Below the pieces are notes generated by a model that worked only from the letters and a program-made list of their open reading frames with translations, did not search any database and was not told where the DNA came from. Positions 48,355 to 60,269 of a DNA stretch of 64,000 nt are shown piece by piece (position 1 is the stretch's first letter; each line of letters opens with the position of its first letter). The position numbers and the translations under genes were made by a program. The DNA lies in the sequence record PQ464595.1; one strand, written 5' to 3'.

Positions 48355-49626
48355 TTATTTTGCTTTCAGATGAAGATCTAAAGTTTTATTCCAGATTAAG
48401 CTACGGAGGAATTTATTTTCCTCTTTCTCTAAATCATCTTTAGTGAATACTACTACATCGTTATCACCAATTAGGTTATTGATGTAAGTAATATGTTCTT
48501 CTAAATCATCTTCACCTTCGTACCATTCAGTTACACGTTCCACGATTTGCGGTACTGTTACTTCCTGCCATGAGGTGGAGAACTTTTGAGTTACAACATG
48601 TTCATCTTCTTCCCACGGAGCAGCCAACGCACCTACAGCAGCAGCAACTTTGTGTAAGAATACACTATCTGCCGCACGATCATGTACTTGACCAGAAATG
48701 ATGATTGGACGATACATAAGATTACGTTCTTGCATACGACTGTTGAAGTACATTGCTTCGAACTCAAGAGCACGAATAGCATTCAAATCCAGTTCAACAG
48801 AACGGTCAGGATTCTTTTCATTGAACCGTGTTACTGATTCTACTACTTCCCGATAGATGCTGCCAGTACTGTAAGCATATTGCATCTTATGTGAATCACG
48901 ATCCATCAGACGCATTTCAGCCATACGATTACAACGGTCATGCATCTGATCTTCGGTCATCACACCGCTTTTCAGATCTTCCTGATACATAGAATAGAAC
49001 TCTTTAGCAATAATAGCTTTTTCGACTTCTAAATCACGTGTCATTTCTTTCTGTAAAGAAATTTGGAAATTGCGATTTTCATAAGGATGGAAATCACTAT
49101 CATACCCAACACCTTCAGGATAACCAATATATACTTCGTGGTCTTCTTCCAGAATCAGTTGATATACACTTTCGTGAATAGCCATGATACCGAGATACGG
49201 AGTATTGTAGTTACCATAACCCTGAAGCCAGAAACATTCACGATGATGCATGTCAAATACTAACGGCCAGGTAAGGTCAGCAGCAGGAATATCAAGGAAA
49301 TCTTCTTCCCATCCATTATACTCCTTACCTTCTTCGCGAGTTTGCATCAGATAGTTTTGACGCAGTTTCATCATAATGAAACGAGCTTCAATACTTGATT
49401 CGTCAACTGTATAGTCGTCGTAATCAGCGTACTTAGCTTTCAGTGGGAATCCACCGATTACCTGAAAATCATCCCAAGGATAACACTGACAGCCATGAGC
49501 TAAGCCAGTTTTCTTTACGTCTTTTTCAACATAAAGCTTATTTGATGCTAAAAGAAAAAGGCGAACTTCATCGCCTTCAAGAATTGGCGTATTAGAAACC
49601 GCACAAGTGGTATTGAACGAACCCAT
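48355..49626 (-). CDS. conserved jumbo-phage hypothetical protein
   Basis: 423-aa ORF beginning MGSFNTTCAVS.TPI..GD.V. Confidence 0.75.
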   Translation of the reverse strand: MGSFNTTCAVSNTPILEGDEVRLFLLASNKLYVEKDVKKTGLAHGCQCYPWDDFQVIGGFPLKAKYADYDDYTVDESSIEARFIMMKLRQNYLMQTREEGKEYNGWEEDFLDIPAADLTWPLVFDMHHRECFWLQGYGNYNTPYLGIMAIHESVYQLILEEDHEVYIGYPEGVGYDSDFHPYENRNFQISLQKEMTRDLEVEKAIIAKEFYSMYQEDLKSGVMTEDQMHDRCNRMAEMRLMDRDSHKMQYAYSTGSIYREVVESVTRFNEKNPDRSVELDLNAIRALEFEAMYFNSRMQERNLMYRPIIISGQVHDRAADSVFLHKVAAAVGALAAPWEEDEHVVTQKFSTSWQEVTVPQIVERVTEWYEGEDDLEEHITYINNLIGDNDVVVFTKDDLEKEENKFLRSLIWNKTLDLHLKAK

Positions 49627-49631
49627 TAAAG

Positions 49632-50450
49632 TTAACCTTCATAGTAGGCTTGAACAGTACTAAACAACTTCATGGTATCCATGTGGTAAAGTCCAGAACA
49701 GTTCCAGCAATTATATTCAACAATCTTAATGCCATTTGGAGTTTCAGCCAAATCCATAGTATAGAACTGAGCAGGAATATACAGTTTAGCGTATTCATGT
49801 GAAGCAGCTAATACTTGTTCGGGAATTTCAGAACTATAGATAGTACTGTTATTCCGGCGATACTGCGAACCGCTAATAGGTTCACCATTCTGACAGATGA
49901 AACGATATTCAGCGTCAATCTGAACAACATCGTTTATCAGTACTGTTTCTTCCTGATAATTCTCACGATGGAAGTTCGATTCGATGAAGTATTTCAGTAC
50001 TTCACCAGCTTCCATAACTCCAGCAGTAAATGCTTTCAGGTCGGAGCTTGGTTTTACAAATTTATCAACCCCAAAGGATGCGAACAAATCACGGTCATCT
50101 TTGAGATTCAAAAACTCAGGTGTTCCGTTCAACAATGGTAATCCTAAAGTTGAATAAAACGCCTGATCGAAATTACGAATGTCATAAGACAAGCCTTGAC
50201 GCATTTTGGCAATCAGTTCAGGTGGCAGATTATCAGAAGTACCTGACTCCAGGATTTCTACCATCTTAGTACCGCCACGCATGATGAATGTATCATTCAC
50301 ATCCAAATCATCTAAGCCAGTAATAGTCTTAGTGAAAGGAATAACACCGAATGGTACAATCTCATAGCCTAACTTCTGGAGAGGAATGAATTCATCTTCA
50401 AGAGCTTGGTACATACGAGCAGTATCTTGTACTAACCATTTAATAGCCAT
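49632..50450 (-). CDS. ATP-grasp domain protein (DUF4343/R2K-like), paralog of 42052-42873
   Basis: FVKPSSDLK.F, EYRF, YTMD, IVEYN..NCSGLY. Confidence 0.85.
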   Translation of the reverse strand: MAIKWLVQDTARMYQALEDEFIPLQKLGYEIVPFGVIPFTKTITGLDDLDVNDTFIMRGGTKMVEILESGTSDNLPPELIAKMRQGLSYDIRNFDQAFYSTLGLPLLNGTPEFLNLKDDRDLFASFGVDKFVKPSSDLKAFTAGVMEAGEVLKYFIESNFHRENYQEETVLINDVVQIDAEYRFICQNGEPISGSQYRRNNSTIYSSEIPEQVLAASHEYAKLYIPAQFYTMDLAETPNGIKIVEYNCWNCSGLYHMDTMKLFSTVQAYYEG

Positions 50451-50791
50451 AAATGCCTCAATTAGCCGTTACAGAAGAAAACACCAATAGAATTTTCTTT
50501 ATAATCTTCTGGAAGATGCTTTTTAATTACTGCGATGTAATCAATGATTTCTTCATCTGGATCACCCTCAGTTGGGTCTTCCAAAAACAGAGTTCCAGAC
50601 AAATGGAATACAGCAGTGAAATCACCATCCATATAATCATACATGTTTTCCATTTCCATACAGTGATGTGATAGATCTTGTAACTGATCTTCTGATAAGC
50701 CAAGGTCATCAGCATCAATTTTAAATGGAGCAGGTTGTTTCCAAGGTGTTACATTAGCAATTGTCATTTTGATTTTCTCACATGTTAAATG

Positions 50792-50880
50792 TGCGGAAGG
50801 TGTGGGATTCGAACCCACAAGCCGATTCTCACCGACCGAAGGATTAGCAATCCTCTCCAATACCGTTATGGGAACCTTCC
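50792..50880 (-). tRNA. tRNA-Ser(GCT)
   Basis: Class II cloverleaf, loop TTGCTAA, G73. Confidence 0.95.
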
Positions 50881-50889
50881 AATACTTAC

Positions 50890-50918
50890 ATTATAGCACA
50901 ACTTTTTTTATCGTTTCA
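50890..50918 (-). promoter_or_regulatory. TGAAACG-class promoter
   Basis: TGAAACG-N16-TATAAT. Confidence 0.75.
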
Positions 50919-51626
50919 TCTTTTTTCAAGATTTTTAACAATTCGTTGTGCAAGTTATAGAGAACAAACACATTCTCACGAGTGAGACGGTATTTCTCCA
51001 GGTGTTCGTCAGTAATATCATCCATAGATGGAAATAGTACTAAACAGTCTTCATCACTTAGGCGAGTATTATCGAAGAATTGAACAAACCCTTCTGGATC
51101 ATTGTCAGTGAAGATAACATTGGTAAGCTCATAACCATGAAGGTCAAAGAACTGAACATGATAGTTATACTGATTGATAGACACAGATGCTACCAAATCT
51201 TCACCTAACCGCATAGTACTGTTAAAGCACATATATGGTTCATGAACAACAGATGGATATTCATAAAATTCGTCAAATGTACGCTTAGCGTCATTAGCAT
51301 CGAATGCTACCAGTTGATTGTACTTGTTCATTGTAGACTCCGATAATGACTTAAGATTGCGTTAACATCATCTTTGGTAATACCAAAGACTTCATCTTTA
51401 TCACCTTCAAGGAAGACATGATAATCAATGGATGCGATGGTTTCACGATTAAAAGGAATACCATGATGTGGATTAACTAAGTTCATATTGAACTGTACTT
51501 TATCCAGCTTCATGTATGTAGGGGTCACTTTTACTTCATAATCTGTAGTACTAATGACCAGTACGTTATTAATACCGTCATAGCGTTCATAACGGTCAGT
51601 GCCTAATAGGGATTCAAAGGTTGAAC

Positions 51627-52010
51627 TTAACATGGTTTCTCTCCTGTACATAAGTTTTTGAAAACATCTTTAACGAATTCAATATCAGAGTACCGCAAAG
51701 AGCCAAAATCATGAATAGTACTTAATTGAAAGAACCATTCTTCAGTGATATTGGTATCAAGCATCTTCCTAGCTACTGTATCATCTCTGAGCCAGAAACG
51801 CAAGCCAGATTCAGACATTTTTAACGAAAAATCAGCCCCGCTCAATGAGGCGTAAGATAATATTGGCATTAAAATGCCGTTATTAATATTGAGAATCTTA
51901 TTTTCACCATCGAGGGTTATTTCAGATGAAAATAGTCCAACATCAGGTTTAACTATAATATCAGAGTGCGTCGAAACGCACTCATTGTTTTCAAGGTATT
52001 TAGATAGCAT
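51627..52010 (-). CDS. hypothetical protein, EEWxFQxST paralog family
   Basis: ITEEWFFQLSTIH motif. Confidence 0.7.
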   Translation of the reverse strand: MLSKYLENNECVSTHSDIIVKPDVGLFSSEITLDGENKILNINNGILMPILSYASLSGADFSLKMSESGLRFWLRDDTVARKMLDTNITEEWFFQLSTIHDFGSLRYSDIEFVKDVFKNLCTGEKPC

Positions 52011-52543
52011 TACAGTACTTCGTATTCTGTCCAGTTGCGTTGTTCTTTCGCAGCAGCTTTTTGTTCTGGAGTACGGGTATCTTCAAGACGACTTACAGCA
52101 TCTTTCAGTACTTCCACGTCTACCATAGTTTCCATATAATGCATATGGTCAGTATAGCCGAACATGTACTTAATTCCAGTCCAAACACGCTTATACCACG
52201 CCTGGCGAATCTCCATACAAAGATTGATATTACACATTCCTAAATGCTTATCATCGTGTTCATCACCAGTATTGTACTGACCAATATGAATGGAATGTTC
52301 ACGAACATCTCCGCAATGACAACGGACGATGATTACTTTGCTTTCAGAACTCATAAAGTTCTCCTTAGTTATTTTACCGACATTATCGGTTTGTACTGCT
52401 GTTAACTCAGCTTAGTGTACAAACCGTATATCGGGATAGAACTAATAATCATTATTGACCTCCATCACAATTACATAAATGCCTTGGGCCTAAACAATAA
52501 GGACACCAACCATACGGTGCTTCTTCATTGATTTTATAGATAA

Positions 52544-53196
52544 TCATAGCAGAGGCATCAAAATGTCACCAATCAAATCTGGAAGATTGGTATAATCACT
52601 GAAACGATATTTATCGTTCAATGTAATACGCTGAAGATTATGTTCATCAAGAACAATATCAACTACCAGGTTTTGGTGATCAACATTCATTTGGCACATG
52701 GCTGAACGAATGGCTGACATAAACAATTCCTGACCAACTTCAAAGTAATGAAATTCGTCAGTACTGCCATGTTCCTGTACAATCTTGTCAGCGATTTTAA
52801 GAATAGCACCATCATTGAAAGCGATTGGACAGTTCGGATTATACTTGACATGAATCATTAGAATAATTCCATCAGCATTTTAGTACTGTAGTCTGGATAG
52901 TCAAAGCGACCTTCAAGACCATAGTCTAGGTTATAAGTTTCTTCCACCAGCACAGTTGTTTTTCCTTCCTCACCATTAATAATAGAAGGAACTACAAACA
53001 CGATACGGGAAGCATCAATTTGGTTCTGTTTCAACGCATAGCGAAATGCGGTCATCATGAATTCGCTACCAACAGTAATGTCAAAACGTTCAGTTTTAAC
53101 CATTTTGTCAGCATATGCCATTGATGATTTATCAGGAAGAACCATGCCCATAGTATCATCGTAACGAACTATGAAGTCAAATTGTTCGAGATTCAT
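52544..53196 (-). CDS. two tandem paralogous small proteins (52858-53196, 52544-52858)
   Basis: Shared VG(Q/S)E(L/F).M.A.R motif and similar C-termini. Confidence 0.65.
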
Positions 53197-53894
53197 AATA
53201 ACCTCTTAACAGTACTGCGGTGGAGGTGGTAAATCACCAAGGCGATCCGCCCAATAATGATATACAAAAATGAATGTACCCTCAGAGTTTACTTTGTAAA
53301 CACTATGGTAATTCGGATGCCCGATACGGACATAACCTGATTTATGATCACGTTTAGCAAACATATCTGCCATAACACGTGTCGGGAACAGGTTATAGAA
53401 GCGGCGACGTTTGTCAGCTTCATGTTTATTCTGGAACAGTTTGTTAAACAGAAGACCAGTTTTGTATTGGGCTTCAGTAATCTGTTCAGCACGATTGCGG
53501 CGGCAATCCATGTTGAATACCCAGCTATTGTTCTCTTCAAATAAAGAGATAGCTTCATCCAGTAGATCTTCGTCGGACATTGAGTATTCTTCTAATGCGA
53601 AGTACTCCCAAAAATCCCAACCATGACCGGATGCATCAGTTTCATTAACACGAAAGAATTTCATTTTTAATCCTTCAGGAATCCGATGATTCCACATACT
53701 AATTGAACAGCGACGAGTACTCCACCGATTACATTACCGTAAAATCCACCAATAGTATACATCAATGGCATTTGAAGCAATGGCATGAACATACCAACTA
53801 AACTGAACCCGTTAGAACTAACACGGTCACGAAGCTGTTCATTGATGAATTTCCAATATAACCCATACATAGGATACTCCCTCTCGATTAATAT

Positions 53895-53914
53895 GTCCAG
53901 TACTAGTACTGGAC
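53895..53914. repeat. perfect 20-bp palindrome GTCCAGTACTAGTACTGGAC (terminator-like)
   Basis: Intergenic, followed by a T tract on the + strand; contains two AGTACT. Confidence 0.7.
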
Positions 53915-54160
53915 TTTTTTGTTACAGCTCAACCAGAGTTTCAGTCCAGTGAGTACCTTCCAGGTCGAACGTACCAACTTCGTACATATCGTCACCGTTA
54001 GGATCTTCCCACCAGTCGAATTCAACGTCTGGATGTGGTAGACCTTCGAATCCGATAGTTTTACCGGATTTATCAGTCGCGATGAAGTTGATGTTCTCAG
54101 GAACATGGACTTCAGTACCGTGATAATTTACGGCTTTCATTTTTAGTAGTTCAATTGCTT

Positions 54161-54967
54161 TCATACATTACCCTTACGCCATTGATACCAACCATACACC
54201 GAGTTCATCCAGAATGTTACCCACATTGCCAGTACTGCGAAGCCCTGGTTCTGATGATGCATAACTGCGATGACCCACATAATTACTGCTACCGTGTTTA
54301 CCAGAATCCAGATAAGCCACTGTTCAGCGTAACGCATAACCATCAATGTAGTTGCTACGATACTCAGAATAGCTGTCGCTGAATCTAAACCAGGTGTTGC
54401 CCCTTCAAGGTAACGTAAGAACAAAGCATATGCGGCAATCGCAATACCAGTACCGACGAACAGAAGGACACGCTGTTTAGTACTCATTACCTTACGGATA
54501 ACGTCAGTATTCTCTACCTTGCTATTACGAATCCAGTAGTAATAACCGGACACTTGCATCGGGAGGAACAACAGAGCATACGTAATTGTTTCACCGTACA
54601 GTTTATACTTATACGAGATAAGAATGTATAGACCAGTACCGACGAATCCCCAAACATAAGAGCTAATCTTACCTTTAGCGACCAGAATCGCACCGACAAT
54701 ACTCGTGAATGAACAGATGAATTCAATCCATCCACCACCCATGATAACTGATGTTGCCAGAATAATGGAAGGAGCGATAAGCACCCACGCATATTCTTTG
54801 GCTGACCAGCCTTGGAAATCCGTTACGCAAGTACTGAATACCTGCGAGAATTTCAGATCAGTTTTCGCAATACGGAGTACATAGAAACCGCATACGAAGA
54901 ACAGGAATGCTGCGTAGCTCCACAGTAAGTGTGGAGAGAGATTAAGACTCGTCACCAGTGTGTTCAT
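54161..54967 (-). CDS. pnuC: nicotinamide riboside transporter PnuC
   Basis: Multi-TM protein with GYYYW, P..DS, W..W..VN and YQW motifs; adjacent to NadR; start reassigned to ATG 54967. Confidence 0.9.
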   Translation of the reverse strand: MNTLVTSLNLSPHLLWSYAAFLFFVCGFYVLRIAKTDLKFSQVFSTCVTDFQGWSAKEYAWVLIAPSIILATSVIMGGGWIEFICSFTSIVGAILVAKGKISSYVWGFVGTGLYILISYKYKLYGETITYALLFLPMQVSGYYYWIRNSKVENTDVIRKVMSTKQRVLLFVGTGIAIAAYALFLRYLEGATPGLDSATAILSIVATTLMVMRYAEQWLIWILVNTVAVIMWVIAVMHHQNQGFAVLAMWVTFWMNSVYGWYQWRKGNV

Positions 54968-56018
54968 TGGTTGTTCCTTGAAGTAAGTTTTGAACCATTT
55001 GTACTGCTGTTTTAAAACGTTCGTCATAGTCCGACCCACTAATGAGGTGGTACTTGACACCATGTGCTTTACAGAGGAACTTCAACAGATCATGCGTTGT
55101 ACTGCGACGTTCTGGTGAATCGTTCAGCCTAAGTGGATCATACACCCACGGCACGTCTATGTCAAGCATAATTACGAGATCATAGTCTTCCGCGTGTGCC
55201 ATCTGGCTCAGTACTGTGCTGGTTTTACCCATACATTCCGCTGCGAACAGAGTAATCAGATTGTTAGTATCGCTGAACATCACTTTGTTAGCGGTCTTAG
55301 CAACCTTGTGTTCTTTTACTTTATGCTCCATTGCGACGTACTCATAATCTTCGATATTCATCATATCTTCAGACCAATGGTATTCATCTTCGCAAATGGT
55401 GCGACCAACTTCTTCCACGTACTGAGTACTGAAATGGTTGGCGAGGTTAATGGTTAAAGTACTTTTACCAGTACTCTCAACCCCAATGATACAAACCTTC
55501 TTCACGAAGTGTTTGTGTGCCGCTGGTGCTAACTTATCCCAATGTTCATATGGGTTAGCACGTACACGTGTCGCACTAATATCCACGAATTCACGTGGAG
55601 GATCAATTAGCACGTGTTCAGCTTCAGGCCAGTACTTTTGGAAGTACTCGCTGTATTCGGTTTCTGAACTGAATACTTTATCCATGTCTGGTGATTCACG
55701 ACTTCCAGTACTATGAAAGATTTCATTACGTACTAGGTTAGTGAAATCTTCACTACCATCTGGATAGGACTGAATCGGAGATTCATCTACGCACAACACA
55801 CGAATTTTAGACATGTGCTTGAAAGTATCTTTCAGCCACATCATGCGGTTGCGTTTAGTCATGACCTTTTGTAATTCAGGCGTCAATGTATTCTGGAATT
55901 TTTGATCCCAGCACATTACTACAAATAGTTCATCAACTAATGTAGCTGCTTTCTGAATTGCCGCGATATGTCCAGTCGTTAATGGGGCGAACTTACCAAA
56001 GAATAAGCCACGTGACAT
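54942..56018 (-). CDS. nadR: NadR-like NMN adenylyltransferase / ribosylnicotinamide kinase
   Basis: FFGKFAPLTTGH, ISAT.VR, Walker A GVESTGKST, DTN; start reassigned to ATG 56018. Confidence 0.92.
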   Translation of the reverse strand: MSRGLFFGKFAPLTTGHIAAIQKAATLVDELFVVMCWDQKFQNTLTPELQKVMTKRNRMMWLKDTFKHMSKIRVLCVDESPIQSYPDGSEDFTNLVRNEIFHSTGSRESPDMDKVFSSETEYSEYFQKYWPEAEHVLIDPPREFVDISATRVRANPYEHWDKLAPAAHKHFVKKVCIIGVESTGKSTLTINLANHFSTQYVEEVGRTICEDEYHWSEDMMNIEDYEYVAMEHKVKEHKVAKTANKVMFSDTNNLITLFAAECMGKTSTVLSQMAHAEDYDLVIMLDIDVPWVYDPLRLNDSPERRSTTHDLLKFLCKAHGVKYHLISGSDYDERFKTAVQMVQNLLQGTTNEHTGDES

Positions 56019-56272
56019 GTTATTTCCCCAATACTGAAGTTTGAACGTAGACTTTATGCTGACTACGTTTCTGTAGTGTTGCTTTGAATTCTTCGCAAGC
56101 TTTATCAGCTTTAGCTTTGTCAAAGTATACACCAATTACACCATCTACGTCATGGTGAGAACTGCTGATACGCATAACACAATATACCGGAATATCAATA
56201 TTCGATACATCAGCGTTAGCCAACAGTTTATTCAGTTCTAACAGCAGGTTAGGAGCACTCATAGTATTCTCC

Positions 56273-56578
56273 TTACTGGCATTCGTAAACTTGCGAAACG
56301 CGAGTTACGGACTTTTTGGTAGGGTTGATGGTTGAACCCTGATACCAACGGGATTCAGAACTCAGAACATTCCCAACATGGGCTTCCGTTTGAGGAATAA
56401 CCGCATCAAAGCAGGTTTCGCCCATGCTGTCTTTCATATGCTTCCAGATACTCAGAGAGAAGCGTTCAAGTTTATTACAAACCTGAACACGGCAAAGTGG
56501 TTCCTGCTTCATTTCAGCATGAGCAGAGGTTGACAGTACTGCGAGTGCTACCAAACAAACCATCATTACTTTTTTCAT
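56273..56578 (-). CDS. small secreted Cys-containing protein
   Basis: Signal peptide (AHA cleavage), 4 Cys in the mature part. Confidence 0.65.
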   Translation of the reverse strand: MKKVMMVCLVALAVLSTSAHAEMKQEPLCRVQVCNKLERFSLSIWKHMKDSMGETCFDAVIPQTEAHVGNVLSSESRWYQGSTINPTKKSVTRVSQVYECQ

Positions 56579-56611
56579 TTTTGTTACCCGTCTTCATTAA
56601 ATTAGGCAATC

Positions 56612-56640
56612 ATTATCGCTGATTGCCGTCTGTAAGTCAA
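56612..56640 (-). promoter_or_regulatory. sigma70-like promoter
   Basis: TTGACT-N17-GATAAT. Confidence 0.6.
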
Positions 56641-57095
56641 GGACTTTTTAGTTAATTTCGAAATCCTGTACATCACCGTAGGCACGGTAAATGTCAGCCA
56701 ACTCGTTACGAGTCATGTTTGGAAATTGAACCTGAAGAACAGTCAATGCTTCTTCTTCTGAACCGTTGAAACCTTTACGGTCTAAACCACGAATCGCACG
56801 TTGTACGCATTCGAGCGGTTCATCAAAGTTGAAACTCTCGTTTTCTGGAGTTGACATAATTCACCTCGGAATGTATAGGAACTCATAAAACTGAACAGTA
56901 CAATCCTCATAGAGCGGATTATCTTTCAAAATCTGATCTATGATTTGTGCGTGTGAATTACACTGCCAGGCTTTTGATGGCTTATAGCGTAGTACTGAAC
57001 CTTCGTGAATAATCCAGTACCGCTTCATGTACACTATACTACCTTCGCTCGGTACTGTCAACGAATCCAGAGGATATTTTTCAAATAATTCCTCG

Positions 57096-57800
57096 TTAAA
57101 TGCCACGCTGTTCAGCCTCGAACTCTTTACCACGTTTCAGGTATTCATTTGCCTTAGTTACGGCTTCGTACAATGTACGACCGAAGAAGGTGTGATGCCA
57201 AATTCCGTCTTCATCCATACCTTGATATGGTGCTTCACGATGACGAATGCTCCAACGTACACGAGCATTATATGCGTCAGTCATACGCTTGTCATCAGTG
57301 TTGTACTGTACTAACCATTCTTCATTGATAGCCATTACTTCATCAATGGAACAACCAAAGTACTTGAATACTTTATCACCATCAGAAATAGCAGGTTCAT
57401 TTTCATCTTTGGTTTCGAATCCTAGTACTTCAGATACTACAGCATCTTCTAGGTCATAACCACTTACGATCCATTTTTCACCATCCCATACGTATGCGTA
57501 TTCTTCATCGTAACGAACTTTATCACGAATCTGCATCTCAGTACCTTCTTCACCACGATCACGACCGTAGTATACAGTATATCCTGGCACTGGATCATCA
57601 AAGGTATGACCTTCTGGTTTATCACATGATTCATATACTGAACTCATGTCACCATTGGATACCAGCTTTTCAGCAAGTTCCTGGGAGTTATAATTCAGTA
57701 CTAAAGTTTTACCAACACCTTCAGGATAACCATCCCAATGAGTATAAACAGTTTGGTATACATCACCAACTTTAACATTGATATTACTACGAGTACCCAT
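57096..57800 (-). CDS. conserved phage hypothetical protein (HWDGY family)
   Basis: MGTRS...YTHWDGYP.GVG..L motif. Confidence 0.75.
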   Translation of the reverse strand: MGTRSNINVKVGDVYQTVYTHWDGYPEGVGKTLVLNYNSQELAEKLVSNGDMSSVYESCDKPEGHTFDDPVPGYTVYYGRDRGEEGTEMQIRDKVRYDEEYAYVWDGEKWIVSGYDLEDAVVSEVLGFETKDENEPAISDGDKVFKYFGCSIDEVMAINEEWLVQYNTDDKRMTDAYNARVRWSIRHREAPYQGMDEDGIWHHTFFGRTLYEAVTKANEYLKRGKEFEAEQRGI

Positions 57801-58818
57801 TTGTTACTTCCTTATAGTTTAGAGAGATAATCAGTTATCTCTTCTTGATATTTTTTGACAGTTTCTTTTAGATCATTATATGCGGCAGTTACAGATTCTT
57901 TACTGTAACCCTGTAAGTTTGAATCATCATTAATTGTAATATAAAGATGACTAAACATATATGAAGTTTGTTCGTTATATACAGAATATTCCATCATTAC
58001 AGTTCCGTCTTCATTAGAAAACCTAATAAAGTTATTACTATGCTTATAGGTCATAGACCAATTAGGCTTCAATGAATTTAGTTCATCTAAAATATTTGTA
58101 ATGAGTTCATCCATTTGGCCTGTATTTTCAACGAATTCGTAACATTCACAGTACTTACAACCTACTGGAGCCATATCTTCATATGAATCAAAATGACGAT
58201 GATACTGATGGCCACATTGACATTCACGTTCATCACCAAAGTTCGGATTATATGATTGTACTTCAATGATACGAGTTATATAAGGTTCATTGCTCATTAT
58301 TGTTCTTCTTCCTTCTGAGCTTTACCCCAATCAAACCCACGCTTGAATTGCTGGTGGAGTTTATCTTCTTTCATTGCTTCAGCACCGCCAATACCAGAAA
58401 TAAATGATAAATGTGGATTATCATATTCTTCATTTTCATAACCACTACGTTTACCTTCGTAAAACGCATTAAGTTCATCTTCACTAAACATTATTAATCT
58501 CCATCATTAGGGTGGAAGAAAAAGTCTTCATCAGCCCTGTCTTTTCCTACGATTGCTTTATGCATCTCGTATTCTTCTAATCGTGCTTCTTCTGCTTCTT
58601 CAGCAGCATAACGTTCTTCTTCTTCGTTCTGAAGCATTTCTTCAATTTCTTCTAAACGATCATTCATTGTTTGTAATTGATCATACAAAGCATCGTAAAA
58701 TCGACGTTCAGTTTTAGACAAATTATCAGGATGAAAATCTTCCTCATACATTTTGTCAATAATATCTTGCATGTCCTTTGAAGTATTCTCAAACATACAA
58801 TATTCCATATTCGGCATA

Positions 58819-59748
58819 TCAGTTATTCCAGTCGTAAAGTCTTTCAGCTAAAGATACAATCCCTTCGGAATTGGTAAGCTTCTGTACCCATTCTTCAGGA
58901 ATAGATTTAATACCATAGAAAGCTCCAGCCAACTGACCAGTAATAGCAGCTACAGTATCTGCGTCATCTCCTAAATTAGCAGCTAACAGTACTGCCTCTT
59001 GGAATGACGATGTTTTTGCGAAGCACCATAAAGCAGCTTCTAATGAGTCAATGACGTATCCAGTACTCTTAATTTCAGAACGTTCTTTCCAGAGATAGTT
59101 TTCAATATCAATGGTACTCTTTACTACATCATTAGTGATACCAAACTTTTCTGGTTCACGAATTTCAAGAATATCAAGTTTATCTGAACCATGAATAGCA
59201 CGGTTAATCATAATAGAAAAAGCAATACATGATTGTACTGGTACTTCATTGGCATGAGTTGTCGTTGAACTCAATGCGGCATAACGAATCAGATCAACGA
59301 AAGCGTCTGAATACATTTCAGGAGTATTATAGAAAATTGGAATAGGAGCTAAACGCATTAGACTTCCATTACCCGCATCCATGAAATGTGTGTTATGTTC
59401 TAAAGTTTTATTCTGTAGGAATCCACGAATAGCAATACGTGTAGTTGCTCCAATATCGAAACATACTCCAGTACTACTCATATATCCATAATTCATCCAG
59501 TTAGCATAACGTGTTAACTGGTCTTCAGAATCAAAACCATAACGAGCTAACAGACTAGTACCTAAGCATAACGCCATACTGGTATCATCAGTCCATTCGC
59601 CAGGTTGTAAATCAAATGGCCCACCACCAACCATATCAGTGATGTGTTCATAGGTATCACGCTCATGGAATTCCAGTACTGTACCTAATGCGTCACCAAC
59701 TGCTAATCCTACTAGAGCACCAATAGCTCTTTCTCGGTTGTCACTCAT
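58819..59748 (-). CDS. ADP-ribosylglycohydrolase (DraG/ARH family)
   Basis: GLAVGDALG, WTDDT, GNGSLMR, TH, GDDADT motifs. Confidence 0.93.
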   Translation of the reverse strand: MSDNRERAIGALVGLAVGDALGTVLEFHERDTYEHITDMVGGGPFDLQPGEWTDDTSMALCLGTSLLARYGFDSEDQLTRYANWMNYGYMSSTGVCFDIGATTRIAIRGFLQNKTLEHNTHFMDAGNGSLMRLAPIPIFYNTPEMYSDAFVDLIRYAALSSTTTHANEVPVQSCIAFSIMINRAIHGSDKLDILEIREPEKFGITNDVVKSTIDIENYLWKERSEIKSTGYVIDSLEAALWCFAKTSSFQEAVLLAANLGDDADTVAAITGQLAGAFYGIKSIPEEWVQKLTNSEGIVSLAERLYDWNN

Positions 59749-59756
59749 AATATTCC

Positions 59757-60227
59757 TTAGTGAAACTTAACCGCACCATTATTGGATGCGAGTTCAAACA
59801 TTGTTTTCCATTCGTAGTACTTTGTGAGATTATATCCTTCCAGATGTAAACAAGCATGTTCTTCAAAATCAGTGAAGTCCTTAGCCAGTTTAGTACTACA
59901 CATAGTACCGATTACTCCTTCACAATCAGAGTAATTAATCAGTTCATAGAATGGATAATAACCATTTTCATCAAGAGGTAAACGAGTGGCTAACTGACGT
60001 AAAGTACTACGCCATGAATTATATCCACCATAGGAACCTGCCCTCATATGATTACTGTCATCATAACTGTACAAATATGAGGCATCAACATCTATATGTT
60101 GATAGCAATCTTGATCGTTGTGAATATAGAAATATGTCCAGCCATGATCATATGCTTCATCTACATCCATATTTTCGCGTTGTGTTTCTTTCTTGAGATT
60201 ACTGTACGCGGTAATATCTAAACCCAT
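59757..60227 (-). CDS. conserved phage hypothetical protein (MGLD family)
   Basis: MGLDI...LINYSDCEG. Confidence 0.72.
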   Translation of the reverse strand: MGLDITAYSNLKKETQRENMDVDEAYDHGWTYFYIHNDQDCYQHIDVDASYLYSYDDSNHMRAGSYGGYNSWRSTLRQLATRLPLDENGYYPFYELINYSDCEGVIGTMCSTKLAKDFTDFEEHACLHLEGYNLTKYYEWKTMFELASNNGAVKFH

Positions 60228-60269
60228 TTGAAAATTTACCTTATGTGATTTGCCATTCTTCGAATGTCA

